63,689 nucleotides of DNA, filler included, from Octopus bimaculoides (GCF_001194135.2; 4 parts of 4 records of this genome joined end to end with filler, not necessarily neighbours in it), one strand, 5' to 3'; counted from the first letter of the whole stretch, positions 39,672 through 53,985 are shown. Numbers and translations are program-made. The notes: a model not told the origin generated them from the letters alone.

Positions 39672-40559
39672 CATTATTATTATTATTATCATTGTATCTT
39701 CTCGAAGGTGTATCATTTGTTGTCATTCCTCAGCAACTTTCTGCATAGTTAGTTTAACATCTTAATTCAACTTTGATAATATTATTTTTCTAATTTTCGC
39801 GTCTTCCGTTGCTAGAAGCCCTTTAACGAATATTAGGCACTTGAACATATCTGGCATTAATTCTTCAAGCTTAAACCTTTCATAAGCCTTATTAACAATA
39901 AAGTTAAACATTCCCACCGAATGTTAAACAGCGAAATTTGTTCGTTAAAAAAATTAGTCAAAATATTTATCATTTCCTCAAAACACAGTTTCTCTGGCTT
40001 TCTCGGCCATATTAAGTTGAATCTTTCGTTTTCCGGAGGGACAAGATCTCGTAAAACGAGCCTTGCATTCCTCTCTGAATATGTTCTCGTAGTTCCTTCA
40101 TCCGGTTGGTACTGAAATTCTTCGATGGAGTTTGCAATACCGTCCGCTGATAATGATTCTGTCGCATTTCTCGACTGCTGGAAAAACTCTGTTAACTCCT
40201 GTATTAGCTGCTGCAACTGCTCTTTCAGTAACTCTTCCTTTCGGTAATATTTTCAATTTCCATATTGTTCGAATCCTTGGCACTGTTTGAAACCTCCTCA
40301 CCACTTTTGTATCAGTGGCGATAATGTCCGAATCCTCGTCACCACTCTTGTATCGCACGTTTGACGTACGATATAACGAGATAATAAATAACGTCCTCGC
40401 AAATCGTTCTACTCAAGATACACAGTACTTGTATTTACACTCTACAATACGTAACTCTGAGTTATACACAGCTCACCGACTCTCTGCCCATGTTCATTTT
40501 TATTGTGGCAAAGTCCATTAGGAGCCAACCAAATACGGGTGTTCTACTTCCACACAAAG
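38802..40559 (-). mobile_element. Internally deleted Ty3/Gypsy (Mag-like) LTR retrotransposon with both LTRs, PBS, PPT and TSD
   Basis: Two ~214-bp direct repeats (38802-39015 TGT...ACA; 40346-40559). PBS TGGTGACGAGGAT next to the right (5') LTR. PPT AAAAGCGGGAGG at 39027-39016. ATAAC on both flanks (38797-38801; 40560-40564). Gag-like ORF 39857-40216 (SIEEFQYQPDEG...NEQISLFNIRWECL) and protease QLDTGSDVSII at ~39357-39325. No RT or RNase H visible. Confidence 0.9.
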
Positions 40560-43500
40560 ATAACCTAGGTGTATTCTCGACATTTTTTTTATTGAAAAAG
40601 TTTCGACTAAATTTCTTCTCCGCGAAATGGAACGCTACTATTTAAAAAATAATCCACCGTGTTTAGTCTTGTTTTCTACATATGCACTGCTTAACACTTA
40701 AACCCGCTTTCATAACAATGCAAACAACACAGGAACAGAAGCACACATGATGTTCTAAATACTGATTATTTGTCACGCAATTTATGATTAAATTGCAGAG
40801 AACGAATGTACATATACATACATGCACCCTTATCTAAGCACAAATATACTGATGTACATATACATACTCATACATACGCACATAATACCTAGATATGTAT
40901 GTATGTATGTATATATATATATATATATNNNNNNNNNNNNNNNNNNNNNNNNNNNNNNNNNNNNNNNNNNNNNNNNNNNNNNNNNNNNNNNNNNNNNNNN
41001 NNNNNNNNNNNNNNNNNNNNNNNNNNNNNNNNNNNNNNNNNNNNNNNNNNNNNNNNTATACACACATACACACACATATATATACAGAGATTTAATAAAA
41101 ATTACGCGCATAAAAACACTCATACACACAGGCTAGCATGAAATGACACACATAAACAGATACAAACACAAATGCAGTCGTTCGTACATATATAAAAATA
41201 TATTGTATGTCACTAATTCAAACCTCGCAGAGGACCATTTTATATCATTTATATTAGGTTTTCACTCACTCGTTTCTGACATGAATAGCCAGGGCTAGAG
41301 GATGGTGTACTTCCTGATTATAGTCGCTCTATGATATATCATTATGTAGAGAAAAAAGAAACCTCAAACATAACATTCAAGGATGAAATGAAAACACAAC
41401 ATAAGATGAGATAAAAATATATCGAAGTTGGAATGTGAAACGAAAAGAGGCGCATCATATATATTCAGCATTAAAAGCCGACAAAATCTATGATGAAATA
41501 AAAATAAACTGCAGCAGTAGCAGCAGCAGCAGATGTGGAGCAGCAGTGGAGGAGTAGATGGAGGAACTACAACAATAGTGAGAAGGGGGATTTTTATCTG
41601 CAGCTAATGAATTAAATTGACACGTTCTTTCAAATGATAACCTCTTATTTGCTCTTTTTGTAGAAAACAGTGAATGGAAAAGAGTTAGCTATAAAGTGTT
41701 TTAGTGTAATTACCAGAGAGCCTTTTGGGGAATTATATTTATCAAATAATAATAAAGTATTTTAAAATCATATAGAATAAAGGAATGAATGGGTGAAGGA
41801 CATATTGCGATATTACAACTGGAAAATTCTCTCACTAAAACTGAAATAAAATGTTATTGATCGTTGAAAGTAGAACAATTTCTATACAAATCTTTTTGTT
41901 TCCTTTCTTTTTCTTTCCTTAACATTATGCTTTTATCATTTTCGTTCATTTTCTTCCTTTTTTCGCGATTAATAACTGAATGAATTCTCGCTTTTTTTAA
42001 ATAAGTAACTCACTTCTAATGTATTAGACAGAACATGAATAAAAATCTTTGTAATATTCAATACGAATGCAATGTTGACAGAAACGTGGCGTTAGACAGA
42101 AATATAGTGCGTCAGTCAAATGATGCTTTTACTATAGAAATGAGCTGTTATAAAGAACTACGATAGCGGAACAAGCAATTGGATTAAGAATCCTATTATG
42201 TTGGGCAGATTTTTAAAAGAAAGCTATTTATTTGACACAACATGAAAGTATAAACAGACAGATTCTATCTTGTTTAATGGCATAGGCATTAAGATCAGTT
42301 CAAATAATCTGCAATGGTTTTTTCTTATTAGTACAATGATTCGATATAAATGGCAAGCGAATGTTTCTAGCGCAGTATATTTTATCTAAGTCAGTGATTA
42401 TGTTTTGTTATGTATTTCCCAATTCAAAGAAAACATCTCTATTTTTAAACAACCTCGTCTTTCATTGCTGTTAGATACACATTGACGACATTATCCAAGG
42501 TCTTCAGAATGATTCGAATGTTTTCCCCGTTTTAACCATGTTACTATCACTCATATAATCAGAAACATTAACAAACATAATATCACCATGCCCAGAATAA
42601 TGTATGATGATTATTGCCACCAGTATAGCAATAAATACTAATAAAATCCGAGTGTGTTTGAAAATACCTTCCACACAAAGCCGTTTGGTTTTGGTAAAAT
42701 CAGTCGGTGTTGTGGCGAAAATATATAACATAGATTAATGTATTTCGTGGATGAGATGTAATAATAGCGAAATATGCCTATTGCTTCTTCCGACTTACAA
42801 AGTCTTTCTTATAAATCGATTGACTGATATTTCAGCTACTTTTTCTATTTAAATTTTCACAAACACTAATTACCTGGATAACATCATATCACAGACACTT
42901 TCTCATACTACATTACAAATATTAGACTCTATGTTTAGTGGATTTAGTGTCACAAAATGTCTTGGGATCAGAAATTGTTCTTGCTATATGGTTAGCATAC
43001 AAATGTTCATCAGATGGTCATTACTTGTTCTTGGATATTACGGTGTGTTGCATCCTGAAGCACGGTACTTCGTTACATCTTGCTCCAGGCATGTCAGCGG
43101 TAAATGAGTACCATCCTTGCAACAGTGTAACTTTCTCTTTTTCAAACTGTCTCATTCAGGATATGCTGCATTTTAAATAATACCAAGTAACACATAGTCA
43201 CGAGAAATATCAGGCTCTGGTTTTTAATACGGACAATGAAGTAAACAATTTAACAAATGCATATTGGAACTGACCGCTACAGTATATAATAAGTCAGTAT
43301 TCTCTACTTAAAACAATAAGAAAGTATTATCATTCCTTATGCGAACAACTATTTAGCAATGAACTCAGAAGTCACCCTTTTGAAAAAAGCTACCAAAATG
43401 GGTACAAATATCGACATGCACGTCATTTCAAACCTCGTTCTCTTTCTAATTTACTTGTTAACAAATATTAGAAAGCTTGCAACATAAAAGTACAAGCACC

Positions 43501-44149
43501 TATAATTTCTTGCAAGGTAGAATATGGTTATGAATCATACTAGAACTAAGACAAACAATAGTGTAATGTACATTTTCAGTGGAGTAATTTGGAACAGGAC
43601 TAACAATAAGCCGTCGTTAATAGTTAAAAAAATATCCCATTCGTATCAATTGCAATGGCGTAAAGTAATACAGTTACAAATTCTATTAAATACGATGGAC
43701 AAAATAATTTAGTGCAAATAATGCGAATGAAATAAATCAATTTTATCAAAGGTCAAGTATTTTGCTCTTCTTAAATATGAAATTAGAATGTGTGTGTGTG
43801 TGTGCGTGTGTGCATCTCTGTGTTTGTGTATGAGTGTGCGTGCGTGTGCGTGCGTGTGCGTGTGTGTGCCTGTGCGTGTGCGTGCCTGTGCGTGTGTGTG
43901 TGAGTGTGCGTGTGTGCGTTTTTGTGGGCGTGTGTGTGTGAGACTGCGCGTGTTTGTGTGTGCGTGTGTGTGTGCGTGTGTATGTGCGTGTGTGTGTGCG
44001 TGTGTGTGTGCGTGCGTGTGTGTGTGTATGTGTGCGTCTACAGCTTATATTTAATGTATCGAAAGATTGAGATGTTCCAATCAAAACTATGTTTCTAAAC
44101 ATGGGTAACCATTGTGCCTTAATAAATATTTTAAGTACATTTAGTTGTT

Positions 44150-45350
44150 ACATCAATATTGAAATATGTTGTCTTCTATGAATGCAATTGCTATTGAAAT
44201 TGTATATCGAAGAACTACGTATATTGATGCTGGAATTCGTTTGAGCGAAGGTGTTATTAATCTTGGAATGTAATTAACACAAAATTAGTACACGATACTA
44301 TATAGACTTGAGAATTTGGTGGATATAATTGAAATTTGTTGTATAATTGATTCAAGAGTTCTGGAAAACAACGTTAGCGTTATTTAAGAACCCATCCTTA
44401 ATTTGAAAGCAGAATAAAATGGAAAAGGCTGACAGGAAATATGTGAGCCAAGATATAATTGTTGGTAGAATCACCTATAGGAAGAAGTTAAATGAACTCC
44501 GATACTAATAACACACGGAAACTTGTCCAATGTAAAAGAAAGGAAGGCGCCAGGGAATATAATTGTTGAATTAGGAATGTTGAATCATAGTAAATGAGAA
44601 CCAGCGGCACGTATCTCCATTATGTGATATATAAACTTGTGGAGAAAGAATGATTGCACGTTTATTAATAATGAAATAACGGCCTAAAGTGCTGGAAGGA
44701 AGTGTCAGGGATTTGCTGTATTAGGAAACTATTCAGATTGTAATTTTTTTCCTATTATTACTAGGCGATATCTGTGGTTGAGAGAAATGTGCAGGACAAG
44801 AAGTTTGCACGGTGATTGTAGGTATTTCCGATTACGAGTGTAGATAATTCTGTAGAATTATCAGCTGAAGTGCAACTTAGAAAAAAACATTATGTGATAA
44901 GAGGTTGCAAAGGAAATATTCTTTGTTAATCCGATAAAGTATATAACCGCACTCTAGTAGTTATTTCTATTAAGCCGACATAGTTGATTGACGTTTGTAA
45001 TACTTTGAATATGGCAATGCCGGTGATGTGCAGCTTCAAACACTTTAATAAATTGTATATGCTATCTTTAGATTTGATTCAGGAAAGAAATGCGTCTAAA
45101 TATAATGAAATAATGAGAAGAATAAGAACTGCAGAAATATTTAACTTGTAGTGGTGTATACATCGCTTTTAAGAAAATACTTAAGTATAGAGGCGGAAAT
45201 CATTAGAGATTACTTCAAAAACGATACCAATTGCTGATCATTTTCAACATAATTGCATAAAACATTAACGTAATGAATGCCACTCATAATAATGAAATGA
45301 AGCAACGACTTTGTACGAACGGAGGAGCTTATTTAGCAGAAAAATATACT
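44150..45350 (+). mobile_element. Very old RTE-like LINE remnant
   Basis: A KAPG motif (aaggcgccaggg, ~44545) and a downstream ADIV (decayed ADDIV, ~44975) lie in RT order. Nothing else survives intact. Confidence 0.4.
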
Positions 45351-45804
45351 TAATATAAACAATATTCTAAACGAAATTTTTATTCTACTGCATAATTTTG
45401 TGAAGCAAATTAAGTTTGTTAATGAAGCTGCATTGCATTGATTAGATATTTTGTTTTAAATTAAACGTTTTCACATTAATTTAAACAATTGCTCTAATTG
45501 AAATGAATAATAGCTTAAATTGTTTGATAATTAAACTTTTGTGAATTTAATATTTTGATTAATACGATGGAAATGTTATTCATCAAACAAGTAGGATATT
45601 TCTATTTAAAATTAAGAAGGTATATCTGTGTCTTCTCAATGTCTCACGCTTCCTCTTTGTACCACATTCTCCCCTTCTTTCCCCGCCCTTCCCCCTCTCT
45701 CTCCGTATTTATATATACGCATATGTAACTATGTATGAATTAAAATATAAACACGAACACATGCATCACACAATATGTTTATGTGTGCATATGCATGTAT
45801 GTAC

Positions 45805-45884
<80 letters not shown>

Positions 45885-46328
45885 AGTCTTGGTATCCAGA
45901 AGACCCTAAATGGCAGGTAAGGCTATGCAAATGCTAAGGAGGGACCATAGTTAGACTCCGAGTATGAGTTGTGTGTCTATTGCGGGTCATGTGTGAGCAT
46001 GTATATGCTAAATATAATGAGATAAAAAAACCAAAGCAGCGTGACATTTCTAGGACGTTTATAAAGAGAAGGGCTGCTGAAAACTTCCTGGGTTTAAGAT
46101 ACTGTAAAAGGCCTGGTTAGANNNNNNNNNNNNNNNNNNNNNNNNNNNNNNNNNNNNNNNNNNNNNNNNNNNNNNNNNNNNNNNNNNNNNNNNNNNNNNN
46201 NNNNNNNNNNNNNNNNNNNNNNNNNNNNNNNNNNNNNNNNNNNNNNNNNNNNNNNNNNNNNNNNNNNNNNNNNNNNNNNNNNNNNNNNNNNNNNNNNNNN
46301 NNNNNNNNNNNNNNNNNNNNNNNNNNNN

Positions 46329-46411
<83 letters not shown>

Positions 46412-46719
46412 ATGCATGCATGACATTTTGTACAGTTAATAATATCAGTTGATCTACATTGGAATTTATAGGCTATTTAAACAATGTCCTTATATCGGTA
46501 CTATAAGTGAAAAATATATTATGTTTTAAACGAAATTGAAACACGGGGATGCAAATATTATGTGCGTATCGGTGTATGTATGCAAATATGTAACTATATG
46601 TGTGTCTCAGCATTTCTTTATCTTGATATCTATCTACACACACACGGATACATACACATATACGCATGCACTTTTATCAACATTTTATTGTATATATAGA
46701 CTTGCCTAACTTACTTATA

Positions 46720-46767
<48 letters not shown>

Positions 46768-46812
46768 TATATATGCATGTATGTATGCATGTATATGCGT
46801 GTGTGTTTGTGT

Positions 46813-46864
<52 letters not shown>

Positions 46865-47669
46865 ACATACACAGACATGTAGTATTCTTTCTCCACCAAT
46901 TACTGCGAATTTTTTGTTGCAGACATGCAGGTTGATCAATATTGAACGCATTAAATCCGATGAGCATGGAAAACAATTCTAATCAATACACGCTGTATAT
47001 ACGTGCATGCAGAAATAGACACAGATGTGTAAGTCGATATTTATGTGTCTGAGTGTATGTGTGTGTGGTTGTTATATACTGTCAAAAATGCAAAATGAAT
47101 ATGTTCAGTAGCATATTTTTATTTAAAGAAAAGGACAATGTAATTGGAAGATTTTACTGCAAAGTTACTAACGTTGCTTCATTTAGAGTAATAATTTTCA
47201 CGTATAATCTTTGTATATAAGTATGTGTATAAGTGTGTATATCTATCTATCTATCTATCTATATATATATAATCATAAATATATAGGGATTGACAGTAAC
47301 CTGCTTCTCCAACATACTGAGAATTCAGAAATAGCAGTCAAAGAACTACTGATTTCAAAACTACAAATTATTACTCTAGATTGATAGCGATATTTTTGAT
47401 ACACACAGAACAAAAAACAGTAGAGAAGAGTAAAAAAAACCACCTGCCTTTAGTTAATTTAGTACGATCGTTTTACAGTTAAGAGTAAAGAATACTCTAT
47501 TCTGATCTTCAGCTAAATATTCTAATAAATTTGTTAATGTCTAAATAACTCACGTTAATTTTGACCATGCGACATCAATACCACGTGAGGAAGACGTTAT
47601 TTCTATTTCAAACCAGATGTCAGTAATTATACATGGATAGAGATTTTAAAATATTGTATGCTGATAACT

Positions 47670-48290
47670 AACATTACATTCTAGCCAGCAAAGCTGATGG
47701 GGGTACGCCTCCCCTCTCAGAGTGAGCTGTGGCCCCTTCTATACTTTTCCCTATAACTTTCTCAACTACACCACCTTTTTTGGTGAAATAATCAGTCAAT
47801 TCGGAAACATAGGAGTTGCCTCTCGGACTCTTTGGTAATAGACCACTAAAGTCCATTCCAGCCTGAATCTAGTCCTTTTCTAGAATTGGAACAGGGTGCA
47901 GAACAGGTGCTTCCGTGGTAGGTTTATTAATTGATTTTTGTCATATGTCATATCTGGATATGTATTTCATAACATCATCAATATTTAGCGCTTAATTTTG
48001 AGATGGTCTTCTTCCTTCCAAAATGTGCTCCTCCTAAAAACAAAAACATACTTTTATAACTGTTTGCATTTCATTTGTCGTACGTACTTGAGGGTAATTG
48101 ACTTTATCTTCGTCGTTATATTTGTGCACTATAATACCATCTTGTACTATTTCCGTACGTTTCTTTTCTGCACTTTTGATAATCCTTCGGGATACATGCT
48201 GTGTCTCAGGAACTATCAGTAATTGTCATATGTTTGGGTCCATCTTGGATGATAATTTGAAAAAGTTGCCTGGGATGAATTTCGAACTCC
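47670..48290 (-). mobile_element. Gypsy-type integrase fragment (Ginger/GIN-like DNA transposon or LTR remnant)
   Basis: Minus translation YPEGLSKVQKRNVRK, then GGAHFGRKKTISKLS (zinc-finger H), then TEAPVLHPVPILEKD*IQAGMDFSGLLPKSPRGNSYVSELTDYFTK (start of the rve core). Confidence 0.75.
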
Positions 48291-48644
48291 ATTAGGTTAC
48301 TTTTCATTACCAATTCAATTATGCATTAATTAATTTTGAAAGGGGAAAATTATGCCAATTGTGTGTGGAATTAAACCAGGCAAAACTACCCTATCCTAGA
48401 GGGGGGGACTTTTATCCTGCTATACCGGAAAGAAAGCGGAACCTTAAAATAAGTCTCAATGTTCGTCATTCATGTCTTTGCGTTGAGTTAATATGTTTAC
48501 TTTTACCATACACGGCCTCATGCATTTCTTTTCAATTTCATCCCATCTGCCTTCTAACATCTCTTTATTTCTTTCTGCAAAGAATGAAAGAAAGAAACAA
48601 GCAAACAGACAAACAACCTCATAAACAAACAGACAAACAATGGG

Positions 48645-49448
48645 AAGAAGGAAGAAAGGAAGGAACGGAGGAAGGAAAGAAAGAAGGAAGGAAAGAAGGA
48701 AGGAAAGAAGGAAGGAAGGAAAGAAGGAAGGAAGGAAGGAAGGAAGGAAAGAAGGACGGAAGGAAGGAAGGAAGGGAGGAAAGAAGGAAGGAAGNNNNNN
48801 NNNNNNNNNNNNNNNNNNNNNNNNNNNNNNNNNNNNNNNNNNNNNNNNNNNNNNNNNNNNNNNNNNNNNNNNNNNNNNNNNNNNNNNNNNNNNNNNNNNN
48901 NNNNNNNNNNNNNNNNNNNNNNNNNNNNNNNNNNNNNNNNNNNNNNNNNNNNNNNNNNNNNNNNNNNNNNNNNNNNNNNNNNNNNNNNNNNNNNNNNNNN
49001 NNNNNNNNNNNNNNNNNNNNNNNNNNNNNNNNNNNNNNNNNNNNNNNNNNNNNNNNNNNNNNNNNNNNNNNNNNNNNNNNNNNNNNNNNNNNNNNNNNNN
49101 NNNNNNNNNNNNNNNNNNNNNNNNNNNNNNNNNNNNNNNNNNNNNNNNNNNNNNNNNNNNNNNNNNNNNNNNNNNNNNNNNNNNNNNNNNNNNNNNNNNN
49201 NNNNNNNNNNNAGAAGGAAGGAAAGAAGGAAGGAAGGAAAGAAGGAAGGAAGGAAGGAAGGAAGGAAGGAAAGAAGGAAGGAAAGAAGGAAGGAAGGAAG
49301 GAAAGAAAGAAGGAAGGAAAGAAGGAAGGAAGGAAAGAAGGAAGGACGGAAGGAAAGAAGGAAGGAAGGAAGGAAAGAAGGAAGGAAGGAAGGAAAGAAG
49401 GAAGGAAGGAAAGAAAGAAGGAAAGAAGTAAGGAAGGAAGGAAGGAAA
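48645..49448. repeat. (GGAA/GAAA)n polypurine microsatellite spanning a gap
   Basis: Direct reading; source of the spurious KEGRKEG ORFs. Confidence 0.95.
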
Positions 49449-50357
49449 GGGTCTTTTCAGGGATAGTTGAAATGGCTTTGTATTTAACTCCAGCAGTCAT
49501 TAACATATTCCTCACTATAAAATCAAACTACCAATACTCTTACAAAGTTCCAAAATGAAAAATCTGGTTCATGAAAACCTGCTACGAAACAGTAACCGTC
49601 AGAGAAAAATAATCTTAACAAAAACATGTCACGAGGGCAAAATTCACATCAGAGTTTCCGTGAAGGACTGTAGAGATAACAGATGTGGAATGCGCAACAG
49701 TAACTTCAAATATTTGTACGCGGTTCCTATATAAATTTCATTGTGAATTTTCCTTGCAAGTAAATGCAGATATGGACTGCAAGACACAGAACCTCATACA
49801 GTGTATTGCCTCCCACAATGGCAAAGAAAATTATGTTAGCAAAACCAACAATTCCCTTTGCCAAAATGCAAGAATACACTGACAACATATCAGACAAAAT
49901 AAACTACGCAACATTGCGCCAAGTAAGAATCGGTAAATATGTAGAAAAAGCAGATTCAAAATATTTCCTTTCAACATATGTTCTAGAGATAACACATTCG
50001 ACAGCTGGGTAACTTGACAACTGACTAAAAATACAATACAATTTGAACCAGTCCAGAAAGAGACCCCTTTCTTCCTGTGTTTTTCTTTCCTCCACTCTTT
50101 CTTTCTTTTCTCCTTTTTTTCTCTCTCTCTCCGAACATGACTCAGAATAATCGTCACTCACACACATACTTACGCAAACATACATGGACACATGCATATT
50201 AACGCGTACACTCACTCACAACTGTTTCTGGGGTATTCCATAAACAGCTGTAAGACTGGATTTTTTCCAATAATAATAATGTATATATTTTATATATAGT
50301 ATGGCATATACTTGAGATGTTTGCCTTGCCTTACCGTTTGTTGGGTTCTTTAACAAT

Positions 50358-50393
<36 letters not shown>

Positions 50394-50507
50394 NNNNNNN
50401 NNNNNNNNNNNNNNNNNNNNNNNNNNNNNNNNNNNNNTTAATTAATTAANNNNNNNNNNNNNNNNNNNNNNNNNNNNNNNNNNNNNNNNNNNNATATATA
50501 TATATAC

Positions 50508-50555
<48 letters not shown>

Positions 50556-50669
50556 GTATGTATGTATGTATGCATATACATGCATAAACATACATGTTTA
50601 TATATACATGTATATACACATACACATATGTTTCAATAAGCATATAGACAGGCAGACATGCAGACAGGC

Positions 50670-50700
<31 letters not shown>

Positions 50701-51673
50701 TAGATAGATAGACAGATACGCATGTAATTACACAACTTATACCTACACACAAAGAGCTATACATACATACACATACACACATATATATATANNNNNNNNN
50801 NNNNNNNNNNNNNNNNNNNNNNNNNNNNNNNNNNNNNNNNNNNNNNNNNNNNNNNNNNNNNNNNNNNNNNNNNNNNNNNNNNNNNNNNNNNNNNNNNNNN
50901 NNNNNNNNNNNNNNNNNNNNNNNNNNNNNNNNNNNNNNNNNNNNNNNNNNNNNNNNNNNNNNNNNNNNNNNNNNNNNNNNNNNNNNNNNNNNNNNNNNNN
51001 NNNNNNNNNNNNNNNNNNNNNNNNNNNNNNNNNNNNNNNNNNNNNNNNNNNNNNNNNNNNNNNNNNNNNNNNNNNNNNNNNNNNNNNNNNNNNNNNNNNN
51101 NNNNNNNNNNNNNNNNNNNNNNNNNNNNNNNNNNNNNNNNNNNNNNNNNNNNNNNNNNNNNNNNNNNNNNNNNNNNNNNNNNNNNNNNNNNNNNNNNNNN
51201 NNNNNNNNNNNNNNNNNNNNNNNNNNNNNNNNNNNNNNNNNNNNNNNNNNNNNNNNNNNNNNNNNNNNNNNNNNNNNNNNNNNNNNNNNNNNNNNNNNNN
51301 NNNNNNNNNNNNNNNNNNNNNNNNNNNNNNNNNNNNNNNNNNNNNNNNNNNNNNNNNNNNNNNNNNNNNNNNNNNNNNNNNNNNNNNNNNNNNNNNNNNN
51401 NNNNNNNNNNNNNNNNNNNNNNNNNNNNNNNNNNNNNNNNNNNNNNNNNNNNNNNNNNNNNNNNNNNNNNNNNNNNNNNNNNNNNNNNNNNNNNNNNNNN
51501 NNNNNNNNNNNNNNNNNNNNNNNNNNNNNNNNNNNNNNNNNNNNNNNNNNNNNNNNNNNNNNNNNNNNNNNNNNNNNNNNNNNNNNNNNNNNNNNNNNNN
51601 NNNNNNNNNNNNNNNNNNNNNNNNNNNNNNNNNNNNNNNNNNNNNNNNNNNNNNNNNNNNNNNNNNNNNNNNN

Positions 51674-51945
51674 TAGACAGAAACTGAAAGAAGTCCTTCG
51701 TATATATGTATATATATATATATATTTTTTTGTATGTGTGTTTGTGTGTCTGTGTTTGTCCCCCCAACATCGCTTGACAACTGATGCTGGTGTGTTTATG
51801 TCCCCGTAACCTAGCGGTTCGGCAAAAAGAGACCGATGGAATAAGTACTAGGCTTACAAAGAATAAGTCCTGGGGTCGATTTTCTCGACTAAAGGCGGTG
51901 CTCCAGCATGGCCGCAGTCAAATGACTGAAACAAGTAAAAGAGTA
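51674..51945 (+). mobile_element. SINE family A (5' end lost in the gap)
   Basis: agacagaaactgaaagaagtccttcgt, TA/TG spacer, 3' half ending aagtaaaagagtaagagtaaaaagagt. Confidence 0.85.
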
Positions 51946-51992
51946 AGAGTAAAAAGAGTATACAAACACACATATATACATATATACTTATA

Positions 51993-52142
51993 CGACGGGC
52001 TTCTTTCAGTTTCCGTCTATCGAATCCACTCACAAGGTTTTGTTTGGCCCGCGGTTATGGTAGAAGACACTCGCCCAAGGTGACACGTAGTAGGACTGAA
52101 CCGGGGCCCAAGCGGCTGTGAAACAAACTTCTTAATCACACA
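51993..52142 (-). mobile_element. SINE family A 5' half, inverted relative to the preceding copy
   Basis: cgacgggcttctttcagtttccgtctatcgaatccactcacaagg...gaagacactcgcccaagg is the reverse complement of the family A head and core. Confidence 0.85.
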
Positions 52143-52333
52143 ACCAGGCATCCGCCTGTTTCTATAACTGTTTTTTGTCTTTGGTTTCATATATATTTAT
52201 GTTAATTTGTTTATAAAAATCATTTATTTTCATTTTTCGTCTTTTTGTGTAATCAGCCATTGTACTTTACTCGTTCAGTGATGGAGATGCAAAAGCGTTT
52301 GAGTTCGGGATCAGTGCCTATGTTTTATGTGTG

Positions 52334-52395
<62 letters not shown>

Positions 52396-52435
52396 NNNNN
52401 NNNNNNNNNNNNNNNNNNNNNNNNNNNNNNNNNNN

Positions 52436-52512
<77 letters not shown>

Positions 52513-52696
52513 ATATACGTATATGCCTCTATATATATGTGTGTGTATGGATATATACATATATATATATATATATATACATATGGATATATACATATAA
52601 ATGTATATACGTGTCCGTGTGTGATGTATGTTCATATAATTTATTTAAATATATGTATGCATATATACATATGTATGTATATATGTATATATATAT

Positions 52697-52761
<65 letters not shown>

Positions 52762-53293
52762 TATATATACATATATATTGTGTGTGTGTATATATATACG
52801 AGTATATATGTCTTTTTATATTAAATCATTCGTTACGGTGATCAAGAAATCTCAGCTTGAAATGAAAATCTTTGACAAACACACATACACACATATACAC
52901 ACAGAAATATTTTAAATTTTCACCAGAAATTTGAAAAACATGAAATAAAAATATCACAAATTTCAAAATTTAAAAGAAAAAAAACAACAAAGCAAAAAAA
53001 AATAATAAAACAGCAGGATACCAACTTTAAAAAAAAAAAACCTAAGCAGACAAACAGACTGACGCACAAAATATATAGCTAGGACATAAATCTTAGGTTG
53101 CAAGTTCAATTCCTTGTTATGTATTCAGTGAACCTGAGCGACCTCCGTCGTGTTTTCTTGAAAAAGAATCTCGCGAGGTCAACGGAGAAATTTGAAATTT
53201 AAATGAACGGTATATTCAAGTTTTTAATTAAATATATTTTATGAAAGTCAATTAATTATCGTTAAAAGGGTGGGATGAATTTATAACGTCAGT

Positions 53294-53361
<68 letters not shown>

Positions 53362-53416
53362 TTCAATCACAACAACAGTAACGATAATATTTATAATTAA
53401 ATTAATAATGGTATTG

Positions 53417-53783
53417 TGGAGGCGCAATGGCCCAGTGGTTAGGGCAGCGGACTCATAGGATCATAGGATCGTGGTTTCGATTCCCAGACCGGGTGTTGTG
53501 AGTGTTTATTGAGCGAAAACACCTAAAGCTCCACGAGATCCGGCAGGGGATGGTGGCGAACCCTGCTGTACTCTTCCACCACAACTTTCTCTCACTCTTA
53601 CTTCCTGTTTCTGTTGTGCCTGTAATTCAAAGGGTCAGCCTTGTCACACTCTGTGTCACGCTGAATATCCCCGAGAACTACATTAAGGGTACACGTGTCT
53701 GTGGAGTGCTCAGCCACTTGTACGGTAATTTCACGAGCAGGCTGTTCAGTTGATCGGATCAACTGGAACCCTCGACGTCGTAA
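53417..53783 (+). mobile_element. tRNA-derived SINE family C, full length
   Basis: A box tggcccagtgg (53428), B box gtttcgattcc (~53474), a unique middle and a 3' tail shared with 14117-14290. Confidence 0.9.
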
Positions 53784-53809
53784 AAAAACATTAATTGTAT
53801 TAATAATAA

Positions 53810-53985
53810 TAATAATTCTTTCAACTGAAGACACACGGGGCCTAAAATGTCGTGAGAGGTGGGGGTAAGTAGAGATGAGAACGACCCCAGTTCATAACTG
53901 GTACTAATTTTATCGAACCCCCCGAAAAGATGAAAGGCAAATTCGACCTCGGTGAAATTTGAACTCAGAACATAAAGAGAAGCAA
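53810..53985 (-). mobile_element. Degenerate SINE family B
   Basis: cgaccccagttcataactggtactaattttatcgaacccccgaaaagatgaaaggcaaattcgacctcggtgaaatttgaactcagaa is the reverse complement of the family B body. Confidence 0.8.

Noticed and set aside
49685-50157. Overlapping 65-108 aa ORFs on both strands
   Set aside because: No motifs recognised, partly low-complexity, and no consistent splice structure.
53417-53490. A-box/B-box segments as tRNA genes (also 14433-14380, 22669, 54130, 63320)
   Set aside because: No complete cloverleaf, and they continue into SINE bodies.
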